DNA of 64,000 bases from Nemertoderma westbladi (GCA_032718475.1 JAUCBJ010002461.1:1-64000), one strand, 5' to 3'. Positions 13,598 to 27,643 are shown, counted from the stretch's first letter. Made by a program: numbers and translations. Notes: a model not told the origin generated them from the sequence alone.

Positions 13598-13836
13598 AAG
13601 CAAAGCAAAGCAAACAGTCGGCCGAAGCCGGAGGCGACCCGAAGGCTCCTCTTTCGATAGCTGCTACCCGAGGGTAGGGGTGGGCGCTACTCCTATCCCA
13701 AGATTTGCTCCCAGTTATTTAACTGGTACTCATTTTATCGACCCCAGTGGATGAAAGGCTGAGTGGACCCTGGCGGGGCTGAACCTACAACCAATAGATT
13801 GCAGGCCCGGCGCTCAACCAACTGAGCTACCTCGCC
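13598..13836 (-). mobile_element. tRNA-derived SINE (Cys-like head, Deu/Nin-like core, (TTTGC)n tail)
   Basis: Minus strand reads GGCGAGGTAGCTCAGTTGGTTGAGCG (A box)...GGTTCAGCCCC (B-box-like), then CACTCAGCCTTTCATCC...GGTCGATAAAATGAGTACCAG. 13-bp TSD TAATAAAATTACA at 13585-13597 and 13841-13853; the site is empty in copies 1, 3 and 4. Confidence 0.9.
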
Positions 13837-14976
13837 TTAATAATAAAATTACAGTTTATTAAATATAAGAAATAATTGTATATTATTATTAAGAATCAGT
13901 GCATTAAGCGATATCGAAAGGGGTACATAGATTACACTTTGATTGCTTATTCCTATATGAGACTGTGTGAGACTTGATTTGATTTTGCAGGACTATATGC
14001 ATGCAATATAAGCAGCCAGAAATTTGTATAGCAAATTATATTTATATTATATTTAATATATTTTAAGCAATATGCTCTTATGTCTATCACAACATTACAA
14101 TAGTCATGTTTACGAATATGGCAACGAAATTCTCGAGAACCTACTCAAACTATTATTAAATTTTAAGAAAATAAGTGTAGCCCTTTGTGTACCAAAGATA
14201 AAGATAAAGATTTTTACTTCCAAGAAAGTATATTTGATCGTACCAAGGTTTATTTTGTTGTTATATATAAAGAGGATAACCATATTATTACTTATCCTAC
14301 CCTCAAAGGCGGCACACTGCCGCCTTTAACCATTTTCGAAATTTATAAATCTTTCATTTGAAACCCGGGGGGCACAGTGCAGCCTTAATTATTTGTAACA
14401 TAATTATTGGCTAAATTGAAATTAATTTGCATAAACTATGTAATTTAAAATTAATCAAACCAATAGGAATCCCTTCAAGCAATAAATTAATTTTCCTAGA
14501 CCAGTTTTTCCTGCACAACACGATTATGAACTCCATTTATCCGCCCCAATAGTAATAAGAAAGTTATAAGAGGTTTTAAATAGAGGCGGCACCCTGTCGC
14601 CCTGGGAGTCAGGATAATATATGTAAAGGCGGCACTCTGCCGCCATGAGGGTTAGGTTATAATTATATAAAGGCGAAACACTGCTACCCTGGGGATCAGG
14701 ATAATATTATATATATGTAAAGGTGGCACTTTGCTGCCATGGGGGTTAAGTTATAATTACAGTATTTAAAGGCGGCATTATGAGCATTGTCATGAATTAT
14801 GAACACGAGTACGTGTTGTGACAATACGTGTGATGAACTCGTACCGTGTTGGTACGCAAAGTGTTAAAGGCAAATAGGTCTATGATACAGTTGCTGAAGT
14901 TAGTAACGTTGTAGCAGGACGATATAGCTGGTTTTCTGCTCTTGTATCTGGGTCAGTACAAAACGAAGACCAAGGA

Positions 14977-15837
14977 AAAGAAGTCGAGGAAATCCTGCCA
15001 AGTACCTAACTGATCTAGACTTTGTTGATGACTTAGGAGTACTCTCAGAATCATTAGAGGGAGCCCAACGGCTCCTCAGCTCATTAGAACATGCTGCTTC
15101 TAGTGTTGGTCTTTTTATTAACTCCAGAAAGACCAAAATTCTGACAGTTAACTTTGAAAGTCCTCAGCAAGTCTCTGATCGGATAAGCATAAGCTCAAAG
15201 GATGGTATGCTTGAGCATGTGGACGACTTCTGTTACCTGGGATCATGGATCCGGAAGTCAGGTGAGGACCTTCGAATACGTAAGGGAAAGGCATGGGCAG
15301 CCTTGAATAGGCTTTCCAGGATTTGGAAGTCACCTAGAATTAATCGGAAACTTAAGGTCCGATTATTTAGAGCAGCAGTAGTTCCAGTACTCCTCTACGG
15401 GAGTCCATGCTGGGCTCTAACTGCTGAGGACACCAAATCTCTGGATGGCACATTCACAAGAATGCTACGCCGGGTACATTGTGTCAAGTACAATGCACAC
15501 ATCTCCAACCAGACACTATATAACATTGGAGGTGTCTCATTGGTTCCCCCAAGCTTGACACTAGAACAAAATCGCCTCCGCTTTGCAGGACATTGCTTTC
15601 GCCGTGAGGACCAGCCAGTGCATAATCTTGTACTTTGGCAGCCTCATGGAGTGAATAAGCATGGTGGACAGCCCATGACTTTCTTGAGACGCATCTTAAA
15701 GGACACTGGCCTTAAAGATGCGGATGATCTAGCAAATGTCATGGGTGATAGGGAGTTGTGGCGGTGCAATTTTGTTGACAAGCCGGCACAGCATTCTTAA
15801 AAATGCAGCTGCAATGCAGCATGCCGATCCTAGTAGT
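14977..15837 (+). mobile_element. 5'-truncated RTE-clade LINE (RT C-terminus, (TAG)n tail)
   Basis: ORF 15207-15800 (FCYLGS...LRFAGHC) near-identical to the 35189-36000 region; 11-bp TSD AAGACCAAGGA at 14966-14976 and 15838-15848; empty site in the other copies. Confidence 0.92.
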
Positions 15838-16942
15838 AAGACCAAGGACTTACAAAACGAAGAGGTAAAGTAGCGTTAGGTCCCAAAGAGCGTTAGGTCT
15901 CATTGGCATTTAAAGGAGCAGGTTAGTAAAGGAGCAGGTTACATAGTCATAGTTGGGGGAACCAAAACAATAAACGAAAGTTATCACATGTGTTTCGTAC
16001 AGGTCTTAAGTTTTTGGGTCTTGTGTATTTGTTTTGTACTCACTCTTTTGTATTTATTATTGCACGCTTGTAGCAAATTATTATTGCCAATCTGTTGTTC
16101 TATGTACTAATACCGTTGTGGACACCCAAGAGTCTATAGATCGGATTAGAGACCAAGTTTATTTTGCAAATTTTTTGACAATAATGCATTACGTGCTACG
16201 AGATGGGGGAGGCATGATTATACGAGATAGGGTGTTAAAAGATTGGATGTTACGATATGGAATAAAACGAAATATTACAATAATCCTTTTCTTCTATTTC
16301 GTGAAGCAATGATTCAAATTTCGCGATCGATTCAAATCTCGCGATTCAAATTGCGAGTTAGTAAAGGAGCAGGTTAGCAAAGGAGCAGGTTTCAGAGGAG
16401 TATTGGGGGAACCAAAACAATAAACGTTATTGTTTCGCGGGCTAAGAATACCCACTGGCTAGGAATACTCGCATGCTAAAAATTCCTGAGACCGTACATT
16501 TACAAAGAAATTGAGCCTGGAAATTGCTTTATCGACCACCTTATAATAAAAATATAATAAAAATAATTTCCCATTCATCATTCATATAATTTGTTCATAA
16601 ACTTTACAATTAAAAATTAGTGATATTCGATGTTTCATTAAAAGCACTATAATATAACATCGCGATTTTTAAATATTCAATTTGTTATTCCCCTCAATTA
16701 TACACGATATATGATGTTTCCAGACACCAAGTTGTGCCTACAATCAAAGAAACTTAATATCAATAAATAACCAAAGACGAAAAAGCAATATCACACTCCC
16801 TCACATTACCCTCACATTATACACCACACCCCCTAGTGGTAGCACAGGAATTGATGTCACCACAATTTTCAAATAATCAGTCCCACTGAAAGGGCACAAC
16901 TCTGAACAAATAGTGCGTCGGCACAACTAGAAATCGGCTATC

Positions 16943-16943
<1 letters not shown>

Positions 16944-16977
<34 letters not shown>
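16944..16977 (+). repeat. (AG)17 microsatellite separating unit copies 2 and 3
   Basis: Read directly from the sequence. Confidence 0.95.
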
Positions 16978-16980
<3 letters not shown>

Positions 16981-18729
16981 TATCCAACTGGCAGTTGTGC
17001 TAACATTTGGCTATCAAAAATGGCAGTTGTGGTGACAAAAAAATAGTGGTAACAAGTTGAGCTGACATTTGATCAGGAACATGTGTCCGACGTTTTGATC
17101 GGGTCCCCATGTACTCTTTGTAATGTTAGCACAAGTGCCACTTTGCAATACCTGAAATGTGAGGGAAAAAAATCGTGTATCCCTTTAGCGTCCTCTTCTT
17201 GAACATTCAAAAATCATTGACTAGAGTTCTGCTAACATGTAATAGTTGTGCTAACATCAAACAAATGACACCATCAATATTGATTAAAATTATCTCATGG
17301 AATTTATAACACGAGTTGTAGGAACATTAATTGTTTACATGGAGTGAACGGCGATTCCATTGTTAGAGAAGGCAACATATCGAGCTTGAAGGCGAATATA
17401 TGTCTGCTGGCCAGACAGTAGTGTAGCTAATGCAATGGATGCGGCAGCCGGACTACGGCGATATTGATTTGTGATGTAAATAGGAAGGCCCCTTGCCCCA
17501 CAAATTCGGGTTCATAATAATTCGGGGTAATGTAAATTTATCTGTGAATATGAAACACTGGAGGCAACATTAAGGGAACTCTTTCTCTTGCTTCCTTCTC
17601 TTGTTTTTACGTACAAGGCAAGGGGGACTCCACACTAACTCCCACGGATGAACACAGTGGATGATCTCATATACATATTATATATTGTGCTGTGCGAGGG
17701 CCGTATTTCGATTTTGAATCAATTTTTTGCATTACAAACAAGATTTATTAATCCTTAATAAAACCAAATAATTTGATGACCATATAGGTTTTTTGGGATG
17801 CTGATCACGAACATGACACTCAAAAATATCGTTATTATCCAACCAAAATTTCGAAGAAATCGAACTTTGGCGTTTGAAATTTTACGCTAACTTGTATTTT
17901 TCGTCCCACCAGACAAGCACCAAAAATGATTGTTGCGTTACCACAAATTATTTTTAACGAGTTGTATCGTGATCAGCGACCTTGAAAATCGGTACAGCTT
18001 CAGAATTACCAAACCCAAGGCAAAATTTAGCAGTTTATAATTTTGTGCTATTTGTACTTTTCGTTCTGGGCACCAGAATGGCACGACAAATGGGTTTGCT
18101 TTACCAGAAATATTTGTAACTAGTTTCATCGTGATCAGCGACATCGAAAACCCGTATACCTTCAGAATTATCAAACCAAACACAACATTTTTTAGTTTGA
18201 CATTTTTTTACTTATAATATTTTGAGTTTGCAGCTATTAGTATATAGAGTAGTAGTGTAGTATATAATCTTTTAACGCTTTTTTATATTTTATTTTGCGC
18301 TTTTGCATATATCAAGCAATGAGGCGAATGTATGTACGGGAAATACAGCACATATAATGCGATGAATGGAAAAACGGCAGGCGGTGATATGAGTCGTGTT
18401 GTTAATATGACCCTCCCTCCACCCACACACTTATCAGGAGTTCGCCGAATATATAAGAAATATTTAATTACAATTTTAACTAATTATATAATCTCGATTA
18501 CTGAAAAACAAGTTAAGTGTTTCAAAACAGAAAGACAAGGGTTGCACTATATGAATGGAAATATCCGGGCCCTGTTGTACTAGACTCCCAACATATAATT
18601 GTTACAGTGTAGTAGTTAGTAATATATTATTGTTATTACCATTATACTCAAAAATAATCTGACAGGCAACTATTTTACCAAAAATAAACGCCCTTGTGAT
18701 CCAATTAATATGAAACACGATTTTCCAAT

Positions 18730-19582
18730 GGACTATATAACGGCACTTAACTCATTATTTAACGACTTTTCTACTGGCTATATAACGATATTCCAACGGA
18801 CTATACTGTATAACGGCACGTAACTCATAATAAAACGACTTTCCTTACAGGCTATATAACGATATTCCAACGGACTATATAACGGCATTTAACTCATTAT
18901 ATAACGACTTTCCTTACTGGCTATATAACGATATTCCAACGGACTATATAACGGCACTTAACTCATTATATAACGACTTTCCTACTGGCTATATAACGAT
19001 ATTCCAACGGACTATATAACGGCATTTAACTCATTATATAACGACTTTCCTACTGGCTATATAACGATATTCCAACGGACTATATAACGGCACGTAACTC
19101 ATTATAAAACGACTTTCCTACTGGCTATATAACGATTTTCCAACGGACTATATAACGGCACTTAACTCATTATATAACGACTTTCCTACTGGCTATATAA
19201 CGATATTCCAACGGACTATATAACGGCACTTAACTCATTATATAACGACTTTCCTTACAGGCTATATAACGATATTCCAACGGACTATATAACGGCACGT
19301 AACTCATTATAAAACGACATTCCTACTGGCTATATAACGATTTTCCAACGGACTATATAACGGCACTTAACTCATTATATAACGACTTTCCTACTGGCTA
19401 TATAACGATATTCCAACGGACTATATAACGGCACTTAACTCATTATATAACGACTTTCCTACTGGCTATATAACGATATTCCAACGGACTATATAACGGC
19501 ACTTACTCATTATATAACGACTTTCCTACTGGCTATATAACGATATTCCAACGGACTATATAACGGCACTTAACTCATTATA
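18730..19582 (+). repeat. 68-bp minisatellite, copy 3 (~12.5 units)
   Basis: Same unit as 3286-3998. Confidence 0.95.
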
Positions 19583-19599
19583 TCATTACATTGCATTAC

Positions 19600-20105
19600 G
19601 TTGCTCATTGTTGCTCGTTCTTGTACTTTATTATTGCTTGTTGTTGCTCATTGTTGCTCGTTGTTGCTCATTGTTGTTCGTTGTTGCTCATTGTTGTTCG
19701 TTGTTGCTCATTGTTGCTCGTTGTTGTTCGTTGTTGCTCATTGTTGCTTGTTCTTGTACTTTATTATTGCTTGTTGTTGCTCATTGTTGCTCGTTGTTGC
19801 TCATTGTTGTTCGTTGTTGCTCATTGTTGTTCGTTGTTGCTCATTGTTGCTCGTTCTTGTACTTTATTACTGCTTGTTGTTGCTCATTGTTGCTCGTAGT
19901 TGTTCGTTGTTGCTCATTGTTGCTCGTTCTTGTACTTTATTACTGCTTGTTGTTGCTCATTGTTGCTCGTAGTTGTTCGTTGTTGCTCATTGTTGCTCGT
20001 TCTTGTACTTTATTATTGCTTGTTATTGCTCATTGCTGCTCATTGTTGCTCATTGTTGCTCGCTGTTGGTCATTGTTGCTCGCTGTTGGTCATTGTTGCT
20101 CGTTG
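19600..20105 (+). repeat. 10-bp-based TTG-rich satellite, copy 3
   Basis: Same unit as 4015-4843 but a shorter array. Confidence 0.95.
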
Positions 20106-21744
20106 TGCATTTTAGCACCTACCAACTATGGGAACAGCTACGGATATAATTACGCGTGATATTTATAATTTACCTGGAGGTATTAGTCCCCCGCTGCTGC
20201 TACCACCTAAAATACAATAAATAGTAATTCTATAAATTAAATAGAAGAGCACGAACTTTGTTCTCTTAATCAGCCTAATATTTAGCCTTATTCGTATTTC
20301 AGATTTGCCAGGAATGGCTATGGCTAATTAATTAGCTGCGAAGGATAAATACAACTTCGCAATGTGAGAAAGTCAATTTCAGAATTTTCAGTCAGAAAGG
20401 CATAACCTGTCATCTGATAACCATCATCTGATAAAACATCACTTAATTCAATATCAATATCGGAAAATGTTTTTCCCTTATGGACTCCTATTTTACCTTT
20501 ACCAATAGCAATTAATACTTTCGATACCTGGGATATTTCTAGTATCCGTATTTATCCGTCCCACCAGACAAGCAGAAAAAATGATAGTTGCGTTAGCACG
20601 AATGATTTTTTACGAGTTATATCGTAGTAATCAGCGACTTTAAAAACCAGTATACATCGACATCGAAAACATCGAAAACCCGTATACCTTCAGAATTATC
20701 AAACCAAACACAACATTTTTCAGTTTGACATTTTTTACTTATAATATTTTGAGTTTGCAGCTATATATATATATATAGAGATGCTATACTGTATATAGAG
20801 TAGACTCAAACTTTTTGGACAAAAATAAAAAAATTGACAGTGAAAAATGAAATGTCAAAATTGAGAAATTGTGAAAAATCTTGTTTTATATACAGAATCA
20901 TGAATATCAGATAATGGTCCCCTTAATATTAGAAATCAATTTTAACAATGACGAGCCTTGGAAAAGCTAAAACAAAGAAAACTTGCGATTCTTTGCCTGC
21001 CTCTTATGGTGGAATTTCACAAGATGGGTACGATGCAGTGGGTGAAACAAATTGACGGAAGCCATTTCAATAATTAGAAAACCGAGACAGACATCATGGT
21101 CATTTATCATGATGGTATATGACTTTACTTGACTTTACAACACTTTTCATCAATTTAAAATATTTGACTTGATATCACTTGGTTTCATGACACTTGACTT
21201 GACATCATTGGACTCGACATCACTTCATAATTAATGCCTTGATTGACATCACGTGACTTGATAGTAGTTTGACTTGGCGCCATACGACTTGACATACTGA
21301 CTTGACATCACTTGACTTGACAAACTTGACTTGACAAACTTGACTTGACTTGACAATACTTGTTATATTATCAGCCTGATTTGTTGATACAGCTCGTTTC
21401 CTGCTTGTTTTATCCTCTATGCAAATTTAGGATGTAGGCCTACCTTGTAGACATTTCCTGTTTCGAGATATTATTAAAATTTGACTCAAAAATCTTTGAA
21501 ATTCTCATTACAGTAGTACGGCAATTCAATTACTTTAAGTAGAGGACATATTACATTTCGTTTACTCCTCCTGCGTCCTCCTCCTTTACTCTTTGCTCCA
21601 GGGAAAAAGCCATAAAATAATATTTTGTTTTATAATTTATTAAACATTTGTCTTACAAGTGAAACTTACAGGAAGTTTCCATCATATTTATAATATACTC
21701 TATCAAATTCAAATACTTACCAGAACAGGCAATAGATATTTAAA

Positions 21745-22370
21745 TACTTGCCAAAACAGGCAAGGTGTATTTATATACTTGCCAAAACAGGCAAGGTGTA
21801 TTTATATACTTGCCAAAACAGGCAAGGTGTATTTATATACTTGCCAAAACAGGCAAGGTGTATTTATATACTTGCCAAAACAGGCAAGGTGCATTTATAT
21901 ACTTGCCAAAACAGGCAAGGTGTATTTATATACTTGCCAAAACAGGCAAGGTGTATTTATATACTTGCCAAAACAGGCAAGGTGTATTTATGTACTTGCC
22001 AAAACAGGCAAGGCACATTTACATACTTGCCAAAACAGGCAAGGTATATATATATATACTCGCAAAAACAGGCAAGGTGTATTTATATACTTGCCAAAAC
22101 AGGCAAGGTGTATTTATATACTTGCCAAAACAGGCAAGGCACATTTACATACTTGCCAAAACAGGCAAGGTATATATATATACTCGCAAAAACAGGCAAA
22201 GTGTATTTATATACTTGCCAAAACAGGCAAGGTGTATTTACATACTTGCCAAGACAGGCAAGGTATATTTATATACTTGCCAAAACAGGCAAGGCATACT
22301 TACATACTTGCCAAAACAGGCAAGGTATACTTATATACTTTCCAAAACAGGCAAGGTATATATATATATA
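21745..22370 (+). repeat. 31-bp minisatellite, copy 3 (~20 units)
   Basis: Same unit as 6566-6810. Confidence 0.95.
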
Positions 22371-25300
22371 TTCAGCCAAATGGAGAAGTCTTGGTTTCGT
22401 ACTGTAGACTGTTATAGTCTTCGTGGTTGGAACCTCTCTGCATCGTATTAAATTGAATTAAGATAGTTTATTATTTTGTAAGTAATATTGTGGTTTATGA
22501 ATAATTTGACTGTTGACCGTTAGTTACGTATTATAGTGTTTATTGAAGTTTATTTATAGTTAAGTTTTACGCAGACGGGATCCCGAGAGTGATAATCCCG
22601 GTCCCGATGCCCGAAATCCCTCAAATTTGTGCTAACCAATTTACCCGAGTAAGACAGTAAGAGTAGGGCACGAGTCCAGTTTGCCCTTATCCGAGGCGCA
22701 TCCCATTGCGTTCGTGGGTCACGCATCAAATGGAGAAGTGGGCTTGGACTGGAAGATGGTGCTGGGCTGCCATAAGGCCAGACAGGATAGGAACGTCATA
22801 TGCAGCAACCAGCTAATTAATCTACATCGCCTCTTCTGTACTTAACTCTATTTTATAATTTTTAACTGATATTTGTGCTGTGTGGTGGGTTTCTCTATAG
22901 TTCTCTACCTATTAATTATCAGTAAATGTTTGTCTCTATACTTTTAATTAATAGGGTACTATACCATTAATAGTGCCGGTGTGTCAATTTTTGTATTAAA
23001 TGTTCCAGAATTTTTAGCACCACCCATGAAACTTTCTACTTTTTTATATTTTATTAATCAAGACATGATTGGAGCAAAAAAATTGTTTTCATGTATTGGG
23101 TAACATCCTTTGTTAAAGGTAATATTTAGTATTAAATAAATAATTAAATAGCATTTATATTAAAAGCCACCCATTTACCCGAGTAAACAATCTAATTAAA
23201 ATTATAACATTATTATTACTAACGAGGTGTATTCTTAGAAGTAATACTACATTACAGAAAGGTGAAAGTTCTTCCTAATAAAATTACAGATTATTAAATA
23301 TAAGAAATAATTGTATATTATTATTAAGAATCAGTGCATTAAGCGATATCGAAAGGGGTACATAGATTATACTTTGATTGCTTATTCCTATATGAACAGT
23401 GTGAGACTTGATTTGATTTTGCTGGACTATATGCATGCAATATAAGCAGCCAGAAATTTGTATAGCAAATTATATTTATATTATATTTAATATATTTTAA
23501 GCAATATGCTCTTATGTCTATCACAACATTACAATCTTCATGTTTACGAATATGGCAACGAAATTCTCGAGAACCTACTCAAACTATGATTAAATTTTAA
23601 GAAAGTAAGTGCAGCCCTTTGTGTACCAAAGATAAATTACGCAAATTTTTACTTCCAAGAAAGTATATTTGATCGTACCAAGGTTTATTTTGTTGTTATA
23701 TATAAAGAGGATAACCATATTATTACTTATCCTACCCTCAAAGGCGGCACACTGCCGCCTTTAACCATTTTCGAAGTTTATAAATCTTTCATTTGAACCC
23801 CGGGGGGCACACTGCAGCCTTAATTATTTGTAACATAATTATTGGCTAAATTGAAATTAATTTGTATAAACTATGTAATTTAAAATTAATCAAACCAACA
23901 GGAATCCCTTCAAGCAATAAATTTATTTTTCTAGACCAGTTTTTCCTGCACAACACGAATATGAACTCCATTTATCCGCCCCAATAGTTATAAGAAAGTT
24001 ATAAGAGGTTTTAAATAGAGGCGGCACCCTGTCGCCCTGGGAGTCAGGATAATATATGTAAAGGCTCCACTCTGCCGCCATGAGGGTTAGGTTATAATTA
24101 TATAAAGGCACTGCTACCCTGGGGATCAGGATAATATTATATATACAGTATGTAAAGGTGGCACTTTGCTGCCATGGGGGTTAAGTTATAATTACAGTAT
24201 TTAAAGGCGGCATTATGAGCATTATCATGAATTATGAACACGAGTACGTGTTGTGACAATACGTGTGATGAACTCGTACCGTGTTGGTACGCCAAGTGTT
24301 AAAGGCAAATAGGTCTATGATACAGTTGCTGAAGTTAGTAACGTTGTAGCAGGACGATATAGCTGGTTTTCTGCTCTTGTATCTGGGTTAGTACAAAACG
24401 AAGACCAAGGACGTACAAAACTAAGAGGTAAAGTAGCGTTAGGTCCCAAAGAGCGTTAGGTCTCATTGGCATTTAAAGGAGCAGGTTAGTAAAGGAGCAG
24501 GTTACATAGTCATAGTTGGGGGAACCAAAACAATAAACGAAAGTTATCACATGTGTTTCGTACAGGTCTTAAGTCTTTTGGGTCTTGTGTATTTGTTTTG
24601 TACTCACCCTTTTGTATTTATTATTGCACGCTTGTAGCAAATTATTATTGCCAATCTGTTGTTCTATGTACTAATACCGTTGTGGACACCCAAGAGTCTA
24701 TAGATCGGATTAGAGACTAAGTTTATTTTGCAAATTTTTTGACAATAATGCATTACGTGCTACGAGATGGGGGAGGCATGATTATACGAGATAGGGTGTT
24801 AAAAGATTGGATGTTACGATATGGAATACAACGAAATATTACAAAAAAGATAGGGACTATAATTCAAATAATTGACGTTTAATTTCAAATAAAATTGTCC
24901 TCTTTCAGAAATATCCTATTAATTGCTTTAAATCAATAAATTTAAAATATCATTTAGTTTGCTAAGTTGAAGTTGTTGGAGTATCAGTTGAAGTCTTCAC
25001 CATTATTGGATTTAGCGTAAAGAACGTCAATAAGTTTACAATGTAACAAGATTACATTAATAATTGGACAATGGCACCTTACAGATTTTAAGACCCCGTA
25101 TATTTATGTTATCCTCGCTTCTGTGCTCGCTCGTACAACACTGTACAATAACAGCTTGCATTTATTATTGCATTTATTGTGTTTTCTTTTTAGTTATTCC
25201 CACATCTTGGGGGTTGGGGAATTTCACTAAGACCTGACCTTATCTCTTCTATTTTTCCAAGAAATTTAATTATTGTATAATTTAATTAATAAAGAAAAAC

Positions 25301-25447
25301 ATGTACGACATAATTTGCCTGCCAAAAATACTATCGGTTGACCTGGTCCAAGTAATGTCCATTATTCCATTTGGTGGTAATTTTTGGTCTGGCGATAAAT
25401 GAAAGAGAAATATAGTCAAGGGCAGAAATCTCAGTATTTGCAGTAGG

Positions 25448-25915
25448 CTGTCAGTTGTCTACTGTCGGTTGTCGGCTGTTTGCTGTCGGTTGTCGGCTGT
25501 TTGCTGTCGGTTGTCTGCTGTCGGTTGTCTGCTGTAAGTTGTCTGCTGTCGGTTGTCTGCTGTCTGCTGTAAGTTGTTTGCTGTTGGTTGTCTGCTGTCG
25601 GTTGTCTGCTGTTGGTTGTTTGCTGTTGGTTATCTGCTGTCGGTTGTCTGCTGGCAGTTGTCTGCTGTCGGTTGTCTGCTCTCGGTTGTCTGCTGTCAGT
25701 TGTCTGCTGTTGGTTGTCGGTAGTCTGCTGTCTGTTGTCTGCTGTCGCTGGTCTGCTGTCGGTTGTCTGCTGTCGGTTTTCTGCTGTCGGTTTCTGCTGC
25801 CGTTAGTCTGCTGTCGGATGTCTGCTGTCGGTTGTATGCTGTCGGTTGTCTGCTGTCGGATGTCTGCTGTTGGTTGTCTGCTGTTGGTTGTATGCTGTCG
25901 CTGTCTGATGTCGGA
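25448..25915 (+). repeat. 7/14-bp satellite (CTGTCGGTTGTCTG)n
   Basis: Direct tandem repetition. Confidence 0.9.
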
Positions 25916-27403
25916 AGTCGGCGTAACGTTTACACCCCAACATTACTAGTCTTAGCCGACTAAATTCCGAATATTCCAAAGATTTATATATCTACTGATC
26001 TACTCGTCTTTTTTTGGAAATATAAAAACCAGTATGTTCCTCATTGTAAATCATTAAAATCCGCATCATAATTATACCTATATTATTCAACTTTGGCCCT
26101 AAATTTCATTATAAATAGTAACTGAGGGCCATTCAATATATTTAAACAAAATTGATGCCTACGAGTCGAATAAGATTTACTTTCAGGTGGGTGGGCAAGA
26201 TACTTTATTCACTTCTACCATATTGAAACCTACAACCGACCGCATCTACCGCTATCGTATATTTTACAAGGGCCATCTATAACAAATAATTAATAGATAC
26301 TTCGCGCTACTAATAGGGCGCGTAATAATACTAACTGCGCGCGTAATAGATACTGTTTCGAGGGAGAAGAATTAAGTGTGGTCTCCACAGTTGACATATA
26401 TCTTCTTCTCTAACCTCTTTCCCCCTTATAAATTAAAAGTCGCCCCTCTGCTGCTTAGCTGGGGGTCGCCTAGATACTGGGTTCGAGCCCCAATTGGGTC
26501 GTTTGAAATTTTTCCCTATGGAGAGCATTATCATACTGTTCTATTACATTATTATACATCATCATAAATTCAACCAATGACAGTTTTGATATCATAAATC
26601 AATTCCAGACTTATAGACATGATATCAATGTATCATTTCATAGTATTTTACTGCATTAAATATTGTGGACACCACATAATTTCAGGGTGTATAATAACTT
26701 TTGTGTAGTGTACAGTTTCACAGATAGGATATTTTTTTGCTATGATTTCAGTGTGTCATTTATATATATATTTAATAATATTGTATGTGTATATGTATAA
26801 CATATTTACTTTATTGTGTTTCCCAAGGATAAAAAATTGTTACAAGGAAAAAAATTAAAATTATTGATACTAGTGCTGGTGAATGGTGATAACATAGATT
26901 GTGGTAGTTCCCTGTTTCGTGTCCTGCCTGTTTTCAGTGATAGTTAGTAATACAAAAAGTTACTCTCTCAATATCTTATATACACATTATAAAGGGACAA
27001 CTGTCAGAACAAACTAAAATACAGGTACTAAAATCAAAGCCACTTCCTTACTACAACTACTGTTGCCAACTTTTGCGCTTTGAATCATTTTCGGGAAATC
27101 ATGCACACTATTTCATAACATTAAAATTCGTATTCTGTCTTGGTAGCATTTAATGAAAACTAACCGCTTTAGCACCCTTTTCCTATTTGTTCAGTAGAAG
27201 CTTGCGCATCAGCTAGCATAGAAAGCCGTAAAGAAAGTCGTTAAGTCGGTATCTGTGCTTCTATGTTCTTATAGTGCGACTCCAAGATTTGTGAGAATTG
27301 TGAAGCTCTGACCTGTACACCAGCAAGAATTGATAATCACTCAGTTTTCCATCTGGCAAGAGACAGGTCTTATGTGACACAACATAACAATTCATAGCCA
27401 GCA

Positions 27404-27643
27404 GCGATTACATCTCGTATTTTTTATGATGGTTTGGGTGGAACCTCCCATTCACTTACGTTATATGGAAACTTTTGCACTCTGCGATTACATCTCGTAT
27501 TTTTTTATGATGGTTTGGGTGGAACCTCCCATTCACTTACGTTATATGGAAACTTTTGCACTCTGCGATTACATCTCGTTTTTTTTATGATGGTTTGGGT
27601 GGAATCTCCCATTCACTTACAATAAGGAAACTTTTGCACTCTG
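27404..27643 (+). repeat. 80-bp tandem repeat, 3 units
   Basis: gcgattacatctcgt at 27404, 27484 and 27565. Confidence 0.9.

Larger units (their letters stand above)
9893..16943 (+). mobile_element. Composite repeat unit, copy 2 (lacks the 68-bp and TTG satellites; carries SINE and RTE insertions)
   Basis: Colinear with copy 1 apart from the missing ~2800-5300 block; ends GCACAACTAGAAATCGGCTATCT before (AG)17. Confidence 0.85.
16978..24844 (+). mobile_element. Composite repeat unit, copy 3 (right end truncated)
   Basis: Starts GAATATCCAACTGG after (AG)17; colinear with copy 1 up to GAAATATTACAA at ~24844. Confidence 0.85.

Noticed and set aside
13765-13836. tRNA-Cys-like gene
   Set aside because: It is the head of a SINE with body, tail and TSD; the B box and acceptor stem are imperfect.
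16034-16312. Short ORFs inside the composite unit (also 7959-8249 and 18332-18583)
   Set aside because: No recognisable domain, and the frames are broken or altered in paralogous copies.
16900-16945. Helitron-type 3' end (CTAG) for the composite unit
   Set aside because: The upstream hairpin is only ~4 bp and there is no 5' TC or A|T insertion site; inverted terminal similarity fits better.
26425-26505. GGTTCGAGCCCC B-box-like motif
   Set aside because: No convincing A box or cloverleaf; at most a decayed SINE head.
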